IMG/VR virus record: IMGVR_UViG_3300022891_000002
Coordinates: 86,361 to 150,360 of that record
From: a virus
Strand: one strand, 5' to 3'
Length of the DNA: 64,000 nucleotides
Shown: positions 30,565-41,466 of the stretch, piece by piece
Numbering within the stretch: the stretch's first letter is position 1
Layout of the letters: each line of letters starts with the position of its first letter
Notes under the pieces: model-generated
Database searches by the model: none
What the model was told of the DNA's origin: nothing
The model's input: only the letters and a program-made list of their open reading frames with translations
Made by a program: the position numbers and the translations under genes

Positions 30565-32715
30565 TTATTTCTCATTCCAATTTTTACAAGTTAGTTTGTT
30601 AGGGTCAAAACATACATCTACCGGAATTGACTTAATCCAGTATCTCAATTCAGTATGTAAACAATTCATTACTGCACTATTAATCTCAAATGAATATTCA
30701 GATAAACCAATCCAGTTAAGTTCATCGTGGCAGTTATTACAAAATCTAGCTTTCCAATGAGGATTATTAAAGAACTCTATCTCTGCTTTACCTTGAGCAA
30801 ATTTAAGAATATCTGCTTCTCCACAGAGCCAAATTAGAGAAATAGAATCTGTATAAGGAACTTCATAAGTAGTATAGGTTTTACCTGTTTTAGTTGTAAA
30901 AGTCTTCTCTTGCTTTTTTAAATGTACCGTTCTATTAGTAAAAGTCTTACATTTACCGTAATGCCCTGAAGTAGGTTGACCATTAGCATTAAAGAAAGGG
31001 AATTCTATATTATACTTGTTACACTCTTTAACATAGTTTTGGATAAATTCGTAGAGTACATTATAAGTTTTTCTATAAGCTTGCTGAATTAATTTACATT
31101 GTTCTTCACTTACTTCTACCCCATTCTTTCTAAAGCTTGTTTGTATAGTTTTAGCTCCTGCCTGATTGAGACCTGAGTAATTAGCTTCCTTCCCGAACTT
31201 CCTGTACTTAGATATTAGTGGGTCAGGATTATCTTGTTTATATAAAGTTACTGCTTCGTCATACCCAAAATTGTGACCATCATAAATAGCAATAGAGTTA
31301 CCCATAATAATATGAGCATCTTTACCATTACCATAAATCTCTAATAATGTGGGGTCTTTAGATAATTCAGTACAGATTCTATAGTGACTCTGACTTAAAT
31401 CCATAATTCCCAAAAAATAACCTTCTGGGGCTTTAAAGAATGTTCTAAAGTCAGGTAATCCTTCTTCTTTAAAAAAACTTGGTGTTTTAGCTGGGTTCTG
31501 AAGTTGAGCGCCAATGTTAATAGCTTTCTTACTTCCCTTAGAATTTTTGTATTTTAAAGTACCATTACAACTTGACCTACCTGAACCTGAAGGAGTCATT
31601 TGTCTATAATTAGTACGAACAGAATAGAAGTCTTCCTCAGGATTCTTCCAAGCTACATCTCTTATACCTTCTGCATATTGAATAAGAACGTTCAAAGTCC
31701 TCATCCTTAGTAGAGCTTTAGCTTCTGGATACTTAACTCTTTTTAGTGCTTCTACGTCTAATGACTGTAATTTAAGCTCCGGCCATTTCTCATTAAAAGC
31801 TTGTCTTAGTAACTCTACTTGTCCCCAATTTACATCTGGAAAACTAACTGTGATAATCTCTTTATATTCTTCTAACTTTTTCCTATACTCAAAAACATTC
31901 TTTTCTAATAAATCCTTATCAATAGGAAAACCAAATACTTCCATTTCAATAAAAGCAGGAAGTACAAGAGATTCTGCCATTACGGAGTAATATAAGTCTT
32001 CTCTTATAACTAACTCCTGAATATATGGAAATAATTGTAGAGGTAAGATTGAGTCATTTCCTGAATAATTATACTTAGCATTTGAAATTCTCCATCCCCA
32101 ATCTTCTTTCTGTTCACTCTTATCTATTTCAAATTTAGTGTTGAAAAGAATGTTTACTCGTTCAGTAATAGCTTTAAGAGAGTGAGATAATAAACATCTA
32201 TCTTCTCTATTTTTAGATTTATTACCAGGGATTACTTCTACTCCTGCCCAAATTACTTGCGAACATAACATTAAATCTCTACAGCACAGTATTTTAATAC
32301 CTAAATGGTAGAGTAGAAAGTTACCATCAAACTTTAGATTAACCCCTACTACCGGGACTTTTAGATTCTCACATCTCTCTTTAAATACTTGGTAGAATCT
32401 ACTAGCAAAAAACTCTTTCTTCTTTTCATCTATATTATCTAAGTTTCCACCTAAATCATATATTAGTGCATAATATTGACCATCTACCTTGATTCCTACT
32501 GAGATAAGTCTTATTAACCCAAACTTAAAATATAATGCGCTATATTCTTCGTCACCATGAGTTTCTAAGTCAGTAGAGAATATCTTAGCAACTGAGAACT
32601 TATCTACCCATTCATTCCATACTTTATCTTCTACTTTGCCATGAACAATTATATTTGGCTCAAGAGGAACATCTTTTGCTAGTATATCTGACCACTTTAA
32701 CTGTAGAGTTTTCAT
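30565..32715 (-). CDS. polA: Family A DNA polymerase with 3'-5' exonuclease
   Basis: Exo DLET, NLKFD, YSGND; SGRSS, LQNP; motif A DLSQSHYR, motif B RKFGKEANY, motif C HDEL. Confidence 0.95.
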   Translation of the reverse strand: MKTLQLKWSDILAKDVPLEPNIIVHGKVEDKVWNEWVDKFSVAKIFSTDLETHGDEEYSALYFKFGLIRLISVGIKVDGQYYALIYDLGGNLDNIDEKKKEFFASRFYQVFKERCENLKVPVVGVNLKFDGNFLLYHLGIKILCCRDLMLCSQVIWAGVEVIPGNKSKNREDRCLLSHSLKAITERVNILFNTKFEIDKSEQKEDWGWRISNAKYNYSGNDSILPLQLFPYIQELVIREDLYYSVMAESLVLPAFIEMEVFGFPIDKDLLEKNVFEYRKKLEEYKEIITVSFPDVNWGQVELLRQAFNEKWPELKLQSLDVEALKRVKYPEAKALLRMRTLNVLIQYAEGIRDVAWKNPEEDFYSVRTNYRQMTPSGSGRSSCNGTLKYKNSKGSKKAINIGAQLQNPAKTPSFFKEEGLPDFRTFFKAPEGYFLGIMDLSQSHYRICTELSKDPTLLEIYGNGKDAHIIMGNSIAIYDGHNFGYDEAVTLYKQDNPDPLISKYRKFGKEANYSGLNQAGAKTIQTSFRKNGVEVSEEQCKLIQQAYRKTYNVLYEFIQNYVKECNKYNIEFPFFNANGQPTSGHYGKCKTFTNRTVHLKKQEKTFTTKTGKTYTTYEVPYTDSISLIWLCGEADILKFAQGKAEIEFFNNPHWKARFCNNCHDELNWIGLSEYSFEINSAVMNCLHTELRYWIKSIPVDVCFDPNKLTCKNWNEK

Positions 32716-32989
32716 ATGTATACCTATCTACTGTTTTCCAGAAATCTTTTGCATAAGAATAAGGAGACTCACCTACTACAAATATGTCCATACTTTCTCC
32801 GTTTAAATAGATACACCCTGAGTAAGGAGCATCGCAATCATCACCATACTGACTCTCTACTTTACAGACAAATCCCGCGTAATGTAAATCTTGGTTACAA
32901 AAATCTCTTTGCCATCTTATTAGCTCATCTATACCTACTAAGTTACTTAAATACTCTCGAATATCTTTGTGTTCTAAATTATTACTCAT
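32660..32989 (-). CDS. HicB-like module protein
   Basis: LHYAGFVCKV...YSGCI...GESPYSYAKDFWKTVDRY. Confidence 0.55.
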   Translation of the reverse strand: MSNNLEHKDIREYLSNLVGIDELIRWQRDFCNQDLHYAGFVCKVESQYGDDCDAPYSGCIYLNGESMDIFVVGESPYSYAKDFWKTVDRYTYENSTVKVVRYTSKRCSS

Positions 32990-33039
32990 CTTACTTCTCC
33001 TTATATGTTAAACTTTATTAGTTCCAATCAATTAGTTAC

Positions 33040-33294
33040 ATGACTCCTAAATTTTTGACCAAGTTAGAAGACTTATTTAGCTACCATCCTCCTAAGACTG
33101 ATGAAGAAAGAGAACAACATAACGTAGTCAACCAAGCATCTATTGAATACGCAAAGTCACTAGCTCAAGTAGTAAAAAATCCTGCTGAGCTAACTACTAT
33201 CCTTAGAGAAATTCAAAAGGTACGTATGTTAGCCAATGCTTCTGTATGTTACGAACGAGTAGGTATTAATTATCGAGACTTGTTCTCTGAGTAA
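33040..33294 (+). CDS. Acb2/Tad1-like small helical protein (putative signalling-nucleotide sponge)
   Basis: FSYHPPK...P.E...L.......MLANASV pattern, 84 aa. Confidence 0.6.
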   Translation: MTPKFLTKLEDLFSYHPPKTDEEREQHNVVNQASIEYAKSLAQVVKNPAELTTILREIQKVRMLANASVCYERVGINYRDLFSE

Positions 33295-33355
33295 GGTTAG
33301 TAAGAGAAGGCCTCTAGAGTTTATTAGTAGTTCTAGAGGATTCTTCTTTATCTAC

Positions 33356-33796
33356 TTACTTCAGGAACTCTTCTTCTATAATGTCTGCTATTTGTTCAAA
33401 AGATAATTTAAATCTATCATTGAGACTAATCAATGATACCTGCTCTCTATCTATATAAGACATACCTACTTTCTCCATCTGATACATAGGTAACTTAGAA
33501 TTAGTAGTTTTTATCAGAACATTATTACAGTCAATACCTAGATAACCTAACATTGAGTTAGGAAGTACGCCACTACTACCACTAAACATATAACACTCTT
33601 TATCTGTAGGCTCCAGATTCCAATCAATACCTAAGTCTTTCTTACTAATATCACAAAAGACTCCTAAGCAACAAAACTCATCATTTATATTCCTAAGTGC
33701 TTTTCTTCCTTGCTTGTATTTACCACTTCTTAAAGCATCTACACATTTCTGAATCCTTTCTCTATTCATTGTCTTGTCCTCCCTCAGAACAATCAA
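33356..33796 (-). CDS. Conserved phage protein
   Basis: ALRSGKYKQG, FCCLGV, LND...SFEQIADIIE. Confidence 0.6.
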   Translation of the reverse strand: MIVLREDKTMNRERIQKCVDALRSGKYKQGRKALRNINDEFCCLGVFCDISKKDLGIDWNLEPTDKECYMFSGSSGVLPNSMLGYLGIDCNNVLIKTTNSKLPMYQMEKVGMSYIDREQVSLISLNDRFKLSFEQIADIIEEEFLK

Positions 33797-34674
33797 ACCA
33801 ACTAATTAGATAAGACACACTTTCAGGTGTTAGTTTATAACCTAAGATTTCTTCTCTGCTATCAAACCATGCACCTCTAATACTACTTCCCCAAGTCAAA
33901 TACTGAATAAGGAACTGAACATAAACAATGTAAGTGTATTGCAACTCTTCATCATCAGGAAAAAGATAGTTTTGATTTGGCTTAGTAGGTACATCTTTCT
34001 TGTTATGGAAGTAATGAATACTCTTGATAATGTCCAATATGTATTCCCCAATCTCTAAACTAAAGTCATCACAGTAAGTAGTTAAGTCTAAAACCTCATC
34101 AACTAGGAAAATTAGTCTTTTTTCCCTTTCTGTATATTCATCAGGTTTAGATAAGCCCCAAACATAAAGGAAGTCTTCGTAACTATCTTTATGAGTAATA
34201 TTCATTGATTGTCACACATCCATCTATATAACTCCGTAACTCTTTCAATAGCTAGCTCTAAATCCGGGTCATTTTTATATCTCATTTCACTAATATGAGC
34301 AGATACTCCGTTTCTATACTGCATTCTTTTATAATCATCCATTAGATACAAGTACATAAACTTAGCAATATTATCTAAAACATTAACACTGAAGAAATTA
34401 GCTAATGAAGTTAGTGATTCATAAAAGACTATCTGAACTTGCATCCACATAATCTCAAAATGTTCTTTCATAGTTATCTCCTTGTAAGTAGTTGTCCAAT
34501 TGTAAAACTCAATCCACAAGTCAGCTAACTCAAAATCAAAATCTATTCTCAACTCACGAATTCTTAAAGCTGCATTATTTCTAGCTTCTAATCTTTCTGA
34601 TTCACACATCCCTTTATAAGCCGTCTTCATCAGCCAAAGAGATATAGACTTAGCAATCTTATCTAGTAAAGTCA

Positions 34675-35188
34675 TTATTCAACATTAAACGCATCATATT
34701 CGTCAATCCATTCACAGGCAAACTTAATTATCTCCTCTACTGAGAGATGAATGTCTATTACTTGATTAACTGACCTACCATACTTATAAATCCCAACATC
34801 ATAGATACCTTCTTGTCTTGGGGTTACGTAGATTTCGTACTCTTTGTACTGTACTAATTCCTCTTTTCTATTATCTTTGACTCCAAAAGCACATTTAACA
34901 ATATTACCTAAAGCATTTTCTAAGTATTTATTTAAGTAATTCATGTTCATCTACCCAAGTACGTCCTAACATCTCTACTATATCTCTAGTATCGTCGTCA
35001 TCACCTACCCCTCTACATACTTCTTTTCCATCTTTATTGACTTGCATAAAATAATATTTCTTCCCTGAAGTTCTCCACATAGCAGTTGTACATATCTCAT
35101 AATCTTTGTAGATAAAACATTGAGGTCTATCTTCGTGGTTATTTTCTGAAATAAACTGTTTTACTCTTCTCAACCAAACTTCTAACAT
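34675..35188 (-). CDS. Two adjacent ORFs (34675-34950, 34928-35188) with distant HicB-like modules
   Basis: YKEYEI..WIDEY and YKDYEI..WVDEH. Confidence 0.4.
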
Positions 35189-35248
35189 GAGTAACTCCTA
35201 TTCTTAGTAGAAGTGGGCATAATCAAGTACACCCACTAATAAAATAAA

Positions 35249-36043
35249 CTATTGTGCTTTTCTTGCTTTCTGTGCTTCTATAGCTGCTTCAATCTCTTTC
35301 TTGAGGTCATTAGCTACTTTGTTTAGCATTAGAATAGAGCTACCAAAGTTAACTATTTTCTTATCTACTTCTCTTCCAAGTCTAGTAGAACTTTTAATAA
35401 TCTCATCTATCTTCTTGAACTTATCGCTTTCTGTAGTAGAACCTTTACCTACATCTTCCCTAGTAAATATCCTTAGAGCTAGACCTGTATTAAGAGCAAT
35501 TACCTTAACAGCAGCTCTCATACAGCTATCATTGATGTCTCTAATATCTGGATTGTAAACTGCATCATTAGTGTTACTCATTACCGGGAATAACATAGAA
35601 GGAGTTCTAAGTCCTGTAACTACATCTACTAAGTAAGGCATAACTGCTACACCTCTATTGTCATAGTAGAGTTGGTCACTATACTCAGCAATCTCTTTCT
35701 TAAGACTCTTCTCTTTCTTCCAATCTTTCTCTTCTTTTAAGAGTTCTTGCTTTTCTACTATTAATTGTTCAAACCTGTCTTTAGCTTCCTTTTTAAGATT
35801 GTTCTCTAGTTTAAATGTAAGTAATCCACTACTATTTCTTTCAAATTCTACTACTAGATTAGGAAAATAACGCATTAGAAGATTCTTAGCAGCGCTCCAA
35901 CTTAGATATTCTAGCTCTCCTTGACCAGGTTTAACGTAGATGTGGTAAGCATAGTCGTAGTTATCGTAAGCAGCTATAAACTCTTCTTTTGAAATACTTA
36001 GATATACTGGTGTGGTTTGACTCATTTCATTCATCTTGTTCAT
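35249..36043 (-). CDS. Sak-type single-strand annealing protein (DUF1071-like)
   Basis: LEYLSWSAA, FPVM..N, IND..MRA.VK.IA..GL.L.IF..ED. Confidence 0.8.
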   Translation of the reverse strand: MNKMNEMSQTTPVYLSISKEEFIAAYDNYDYAYHIYVKPGQGELEYLSWSAAKNLLMRYFPNLVVEFERNSSGLLTFKLENNLKKEAKDRFEQLIVEKQELLKEEKDWKKEKSLKKEIAEYSDQLYYDNRGVAVMPYLVDVVTGLRTPSMLFPVMSNTNDAVYNPDIRDINDSCMRAAVKVIALNTGLALRIFTREDVGKGSTTESDKFKKIDEIIKSSTRLGREVDKKIVNFGSSILMLNKVANDLKKEIEAAIEAQKARKAQ

Positions 36044-36071
36044 GATTTATATTATTTCCTAATGTCAACTT

Positions 36072-37487
36072 TTAAGATAGTGATTTTAAACGGTCTTGTT
36101 CTTCAACTGGTAGAAGTCTAAACACAACTTCTTTATCTCTAACAGACATTCCTTTAAATGCTTCAAATACTTCTTTCTTAGTAGTAGCAGTTTGTACTTG
36201 AACTGAGATATCCTGAAGTCTTAAATCTAACTCTTCTGCTTTGCCTAAGATACCTAAGTCTCCGTAGAGTTCTAGGATATAGTTCGGGATATAGTAGAAG
36301 TTTTTACCTTTACTTCTGTTACTCTCTAAAAAAGAACTCTCAAGTAGTCTATCTAAAGCTAACTCTAACTTTTCTAGACTTTCTACTGATAGTTGTTCTG
36401 CTATTTCCTCAATAGATAAACCTAAGTCTATTACTCCTTCTCTATTCTCTTCTTGCTTTAGTAATGTGATAATCTTAACTTCTAATGTGGTTAGGTCAGG
36501 TGTTACTCCTTCTTCTTCTAGTAACTTAAGTTCTTTTTTAAAATCAACTACAAAACTTGCACCTGTACCATCTCTAGGAGTAGTCTTTATTACCAATGAT
36601 TTCTTAGAGTATTTCTCACCCTCATAGTAAGTAACATCCCAAAGCATATTAGCATTACCATCAAGAGCAGATGTACCTGATGACTTACCTCCTTTGTTAT
36701 GGTGATGTAGAAGTATAATAGCTATATTCTGCCCGTTAGCGTAATCTTGTAGAAGTCCAGAGGGATTAGCCCAATCTGCACTATTTTCAGATACACTAGC
36801 AGACCTCATAGCAGCTCTTAACGTATCTACTACTATCAAATCTACTTTATGTTTCTTAGAGAACTTCCTGACATCTCTCTTTATTTGGTCAATACCTTTA
36901 GCAATGTTAATCTGTCTAACAATGATTATCTTATCGTTTTCTATTAAGTCACGTACATCAGGATTATCATCATCATCAAATCTATTACTGAGGAATCTAT
37001 TTCTTACTATAGTCATAGGTTCTTCAGCCTGATATACTATAGTAATCCCACATCTCCTAGTAGGAAGACCTAAAAACTCCTTAGTAATGTAAATAGATTT
37101 AAGTAACGCATATATAAGTCTACTTTTACCTTGTTTAGCAGGCGCTCTTATTATAGTTACTCCAGTAGGAACTAACCTAGGAACGATAGAACCAGTTAAC
37201 TCACTGTTCTTAAAGTTGATTACTTCCTTAATTGTGTAATACTTTTTAACGTCTAAAGTAGTGTTCCTTCTACTAAGATAGTGTCTAGTAACTGTTTGAA
37301 CATCCTTTACACCTAAATTAACCCCATATATCTTGTGTATCTTATCTAATGCGTATTCTAAATCAACTTCATCAAGAATATCTTCTTCCGCTCGTAGATG
37401 TAAATTATCTAATGCTTGAAGATACTGTTCTTTTATCTCACTTATCTTGATATCGACTTGTATCTCTGAACTCATCTTCAAATACAC
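36072..37487 (-). CDS. AAA/RecA-family replicative helicase (RepA/AAA_25-like)
   Basis: APAKQGKS, YQAEE, LIVVDTL, LLHHHNK, SGTSAL; adjacent to the primase. Confidence 0.85.
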   Translation of the reverse strand: MYLKMSSEIQVDIKISEIKEQYLQALDNLHLRAEEDILDEVDLEYALDKIHKIYGVNLGVKDVQTVTRHYLSRRNTTLDVKKYYTIKEVINFKNSELTGSIVPRLVPTGVTIIRAPAKQGKSRLIYALLKSIYITKEFLGLPTRRCGITIVYQAEEPMTIVRNRFLSNRFDDDDNPDVRDLIENDKIIIVRQINIAKGIDQIKRDVRKFSKKHKVDLIVVDTLRAAMRSASVSENSADWANPSGLLQDYANGQNIAIILLHHHNKGGKSSGTSALDGNANMLWDVTYYEGEKYSKKSLVIKTTPRDGTGASFVVDFKKELKLLEEEGVTPDLTTLEVKIITLLKQEENREGVIDLGLSIEEIAEQLSVESLEKLELALDRLLESSFLESNRSKGKNFYYIPNYILELYGDLGILGKAEELDLRLQDISVQVQTATTKKEVFEAFKGMSVRDKEVVFRLLPVEEQDRLKSLS

Positions 37488-38472
37488 TCACTAGGTTACT
37501 ATCAGGAAACTCAGTTATAAAATCTGCCACATCATAACCTCTCTTAAAATCTAGTCCGCACCCTATGGGCTGTAACAGTTTAGTTCTTAAATCAAATATC
37601 TTACATGGTAGTCTCATTTCCCATACTGCTTTCTGAAATATTAATGCTTTCTGCATTCCTTTAGCGTCTAAGTCAGGTAAGTAAAGGAACTGAAGAACAT
37701 TAGGTATCTTACTTCTACTAACCTCTATGACTTCTTGTATTTTAGTAATAGATGTTGTGTAACTACCTAATAGACTCATTGCTTCTATACCTTTGTAGTT
37801 TAGGTACTCAACACATTTCTCCCCCTCAGCCACTATTATTAGTTCACTTACTAATGTTCTTTGGTTAGTAAATATAGGAAATATTCCTTCACCTATACCA
37901 TTAACCCATTGATAGTTAAACACTAATATAGAAACTACTAAGTAGATACCTAGTTGAATAGACAGAGAAATTATAAGAAATTTTATGGATACACCTTCAT
38001 TAAGTAACCTACCTGTCTGAGGTATAACTACTTTCTTACCATTAGACTTAAGACGATTAATTCTCTTAGTTCTTTGGTTAGTAGAGTATTGGTATAGAAC
38101 TATTCCATCTAAGTCTTGGTATTTATTGTTGAGGTCATTTAGTAAAGAGGGATTAGCTACTATACTTAGCTTTAAGTTACTTAGGTTAGGTACTGACTCT
38201 ACTACTTTAGGAACTTGTTTTGCTTTAGGTACATAAGTAATTCCTGAGTCTTGGTATATAAAAGCAGTTATCCTTTTAGTATCGCAGGTACATTTATAGT
38301 TCTTATAGTAAGAAGTTACCTTATTTATCTTAAGCCCTTTACTTCCACATAACGGACATATATACTCCATCCATGAAGGGTACTCTTTAACAAGTTCCAG
38401 ACGTTGCTCAAATAGTTCTATTACATCCACATATAACCTCCTTGGTAGTAGAGATAGTGAAGTAAGCTCCAT
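37438..38472 (-). CDS. DNA primase (Zn-binding domain plus TOPRIM)
   Basis: CPLC, AEGEKC, LPDLDAKG, GYDVADF. Confidence 0.8.
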   Translation of the reverse strand: MELTSLSLLPRRLYVDVIELFEQRLELVKEYPSWMEYICPLCGSKGLKINKVTSYYKNYKCTCDTKRITAFIYQDSGITYVPKAKQVPKVVESVPNLSNLKLSIVANPSLLNDLNNKYQDLDGIVLYQYSTNQRTKRINRLKSNGKKVVIPQTGRLLNEGVSIKFLIISLSIQLGIYLVVSILVFNYQWVNGIGEGIFPIFTNQRTLVSELIIVAEGEKCVEYLNYKGIEAMSLLGSYTTSITKIQEVIEVSRSKIPNVLQFLYLPDLDAKGMQKALIFQKAVWEMRLPCKIFDLRTKLLQPIGCGLDFKRGYDVADFITEFPDSNLVSVFEDEFRDTSRYQDK

Positions 38473-38515
38473 AGGTCAAAGATAACTTACAGAGCTTAGT
38501 AGATTATTTAATTAC

Positions 38516-39807
38516 TTATGTTTCTAACGAGACAATATAAGAAATACTTAAGCCTTTGTCTTCTTGCTCTTTCTTCCATTTATAGAAGTCTTTTAAAGAA
38601 CATTCCGTAAACTTTTCACCCCATTCATCTTTATTTAATGTATAGCCTTCTTTTTCCTCTAATCTTTCCTCAATCCACTTAGCTGTAGGTGTTAAATAGG
38701 TTTCTTCCCAATAGTTATGCTCCTCATCTAGTAATTCTATGTTTCCCTCAATATGGAGAATTACAGGGTAAACCTCTCTACAGTAAAACCAGTCCTTTTC
38801 TAAAGACCTTCTAGTGTAGTAATAGACATTATTCCACCAACTCCTTTTAGAAAAACTAGAATCAAATACTGCACTTCCAAAGAAATACTTAGAATTTGAA
38901 AAGAATTGTTTAGTAGAGGTTTTAATTGCTTCCCAAAGGTAGAGTCTTAGTAGATTAGGAAAATGTGAGTATTTATCGTCAGCCCCTGTTTTTAAGTAGA
39001 AATCAATAAAAGGAGGGAACTCAGGAGTGTTGTATAATCTTAGTCTATTTCTATCTTTAGGCTCTCCCCAGAAATCATGGGGCATATAACTTACAGGAGT
39101 TACCCAAAAACCTTCACCATCAAAGTTTCTAAGTTTAACTTGAGTAGATATAACGTCTTTCATTTTTATGTCTCCAGTGATGTAATATAATAAACTTCAT
39201 AACCTTTATCTATTTGTTCTTGTCTCCACTTCCAGAACTTCTCTTCAGCTACTTTATCTTCTTCCTCATCAAACGTCCAAACATGAAATCTTTCTTTTAG
39301 TCTCTCTTCTATATATAAAGAACTTGGAGGTAAGTAACCTATATAAGAGTCATCTCCCCAACTAATGTACTTGTCTACATTTGACCAATCTACTTCTATA
39401 TTTCCTTCAAGATGTAGAGTATGGGAAAAAACATCTGCTGCATAAAACCAACTATGAGTTAGTTCTCTATCTACTAGATATTTATCCCACCATTCCCAAG
39501 TTCTATTAGGAAACCAAGAATCAAAAACATTTGAACCCGTAAAACTTTGAATGTTATCTAAAAAGATGTCTACAGGAACTCTCGCTGCTTTAACTAATTT
39601 ACAAAATCTAAAACACCAGAGTTGTAAATAGTGATATTTCTTAGTATACCCATCATGTTTTAACGCCCAAGGAATTCTTGGTAAAAACTCGATAGTATTG
39701 TATCTACGGAACTTACTATCTTTGTTGTGGTATTGATAACTTACAGGAGTAATATAAAAAGCTTCTCCACCATGTAGTTTAACTTCTAGAGATATGATGT
39801 CTTCCAT
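38516..39807 (-). CDS. Tandem paralogous hypothetical proteins (38516-39163, 39166-39807)
   Basis: Shared TPVSY, YNT.EF.P, GS.VFDS, LH.EGNIE, IEERL, YI.SLET. Confidence 0.75.
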
Positions 39808-39808
39808 A

Positions 39809-40681
39809 TTAAAATAAGACCTCTTCTACTACTAATTCTTCTTGCTTCTTCAACTCAATTCTGTCAGGTAGAAAGTTGTGTGTAGCTATTCTTGGATAGC
39901 CTCTCTCATCCTCAAATATTCCTAACTCTTCTTTTAGCTTTGTCCAATTAACCTTTCTTTTTGAGTAATACCCTTCAAGTAACTGTTTATATAATCCCCA
40001 GTATTTACCTAACTTTTCAGGTGAGAGATAGTAATAAGTAGTCATCTTAGGAGAAACTACTACAAGTAACGCTTTATTAGCTCTCCAAGTAAGTAGAGTA
40101 GAGAAATTAAAAGCTGCGGTATAAGCTGCTAATTGAAGGCAATAGCTTATAAGATGTTCTGGTTTCTTTGCTTTTGTAGGGTTTTTGTAATCTATTATAA
40201 ATAATTCTTCTGGATTTTTGAATACTTGCTTGCTTGTCTTATAGTAAACAAAGTCAGTAGTTTTAAGGACAGATACGTTATCTAATTTACCTCCAAAACC
40301 TATTTCTGTTTCTGGGTCTAAATAAGCAACTTTAGTTTCTAAATAAGGAGGACGATTAATAGTTACTTCTAATAAACTGTTATAACCTTGTAGATATTTA
40401 GTATCTTCATCACTAAACTTTTCTACAGTTTGAGTAAATTTAGCTCTATCAGTATGGTAATAGTAAAGAGCTTGATGTATCCGAGTACCCCTCATTCTGG
40501 CAGAAGAAGAAGTTTTATCAGCTTTTAGTGGATTCCGGTTCTTCCAATCATCTAGAAACTTCTTGTCTTCGTGATAAGCAACCACCTGAGTAACACTAGG
40601 ACACTTAACTCCTTCTTCTTTACCGTTAGGAGTAATTTTGTAATATCTCTCGAACTGCGTCTTTACTAACTCAATTTTCAT
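39809..40681 (-). CDS. PD-(D/E)XK exonuclease (Cas4/RecB-like)
   Basis: PSVT, RGTRIH, GKLD, IIDYK, LQLAAY. Confidence 0.85.
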   Translation of the reverse strand: MKIELVKTQFERYYKITPNGKEEGVKCPSVTQVVAYHEDKKFLDDWKNRNPLKADKTSSSARMRGTRIHQALYYYHTDRAKFTQTVEKFSDEDTKYLQGYNSLLEVTINRPPYLETKVAYLDPETEIGFGGKLDNVSVLKTTDFVYYKTSKQVFKNPEELFIIDYKNPTKAKKPEHLISYCLQLAAYTAAFNFSTLLTWRANKALLVVVSPKMTTYYYLSPEKLGKYWGLYKQLLEGYYSKRKVNWTKLKEELGIFEDERGYPRIATHNFLPDRIELKKQEELVVEEVLF

Positions 40682-41030
40682 GTTTTCATTTTATTATTCT
40701 CCTTCCTCATTGTACTTCTTGTTCTATCTAGTACAGAGTCTTTGCCTAAAAATCGCTCTTCTATATAGTGAATTAAGTCTTCTATTACTCGTCTCTCATC
40801 TACACACAAGTCGAGAGCAATATCTAAAATGTTGGATTCTTCTGTGGTATTAAAGCTACCTACAAAATCAGTACATGGGAAATCAAGCTTTCGTAAAGTG
40901 TCTCTCAGCAATATAGGATTAAGTTTTCTTTGAGGATGTTTAAGGTCAAAGTCTACTCTTAAACTATTTCCGTTTCTGTGGTTAGGAATTAGGTAAATAG
41001 TTAGAGGTTTTGAATATTCAGTAATATTTT

Positions 41031-41381
41031 TCATTTCTTATTTATGTACATTAAGGAAACTTCGGTATATCCAATAGCTGTAAAAGTTCGGAACAGGTTT
41101 AAGACATACTCGTTAGGTGTTTTACTTTCATAAGCAAAATACTCCATCATACAAATTACTACCCAATGAGGTATCTCTGAATTGTCAGTTAAAGAGTGCA
41201 TTTCAAAACCAGAAGCAAGAAGTTTCTTACAAAGCGCTCTAGACCTAAACAAAAGCTTAGTAGAAATACCTAATAAATTGGAAACTTCAGATAGAGGGAT
41301 AGTTACTCTACCTTCAGAATCTACCTTACTCTTTGTGAGTACACCTTTTAACTTATCTAGAACTTCTGTATTCTTAAGCAT
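41031..41381 (-). CDS. Putative DNA-binding protein, short paralog of 49906-50664
   Basis: Shared VD.EG, LLGIS, KKL, IP, EY.A, LFR.F.A.G. Confidence 0.6.
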   Translation of the reverse strand: MLKNTEVLDKLKGVLTKSKVDSEGRVTIPLSEVSNLLGISTKLLFRSRALCKKLLASGFEMHSLTDNSEIPHWVVICMMEYFAYESKTPNEYVLNLFRTFTAIGYTEVSLMYINKK

Positions 41382-41466
41382 CTTTCGTACCTTAATTACT
41401 AAAACAACAAAATAGAGCCAGCTACCCTAGAGCAACTGACCCTAAAACCTAACTAACTATAAACTC

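Noticed and set aside
39809-40681. Cas4 as part of a CRISPR system
   Set aside because: No cas genes or array; its position near primase, helicase and SSB fits a phage replication/recombination exonuclease.
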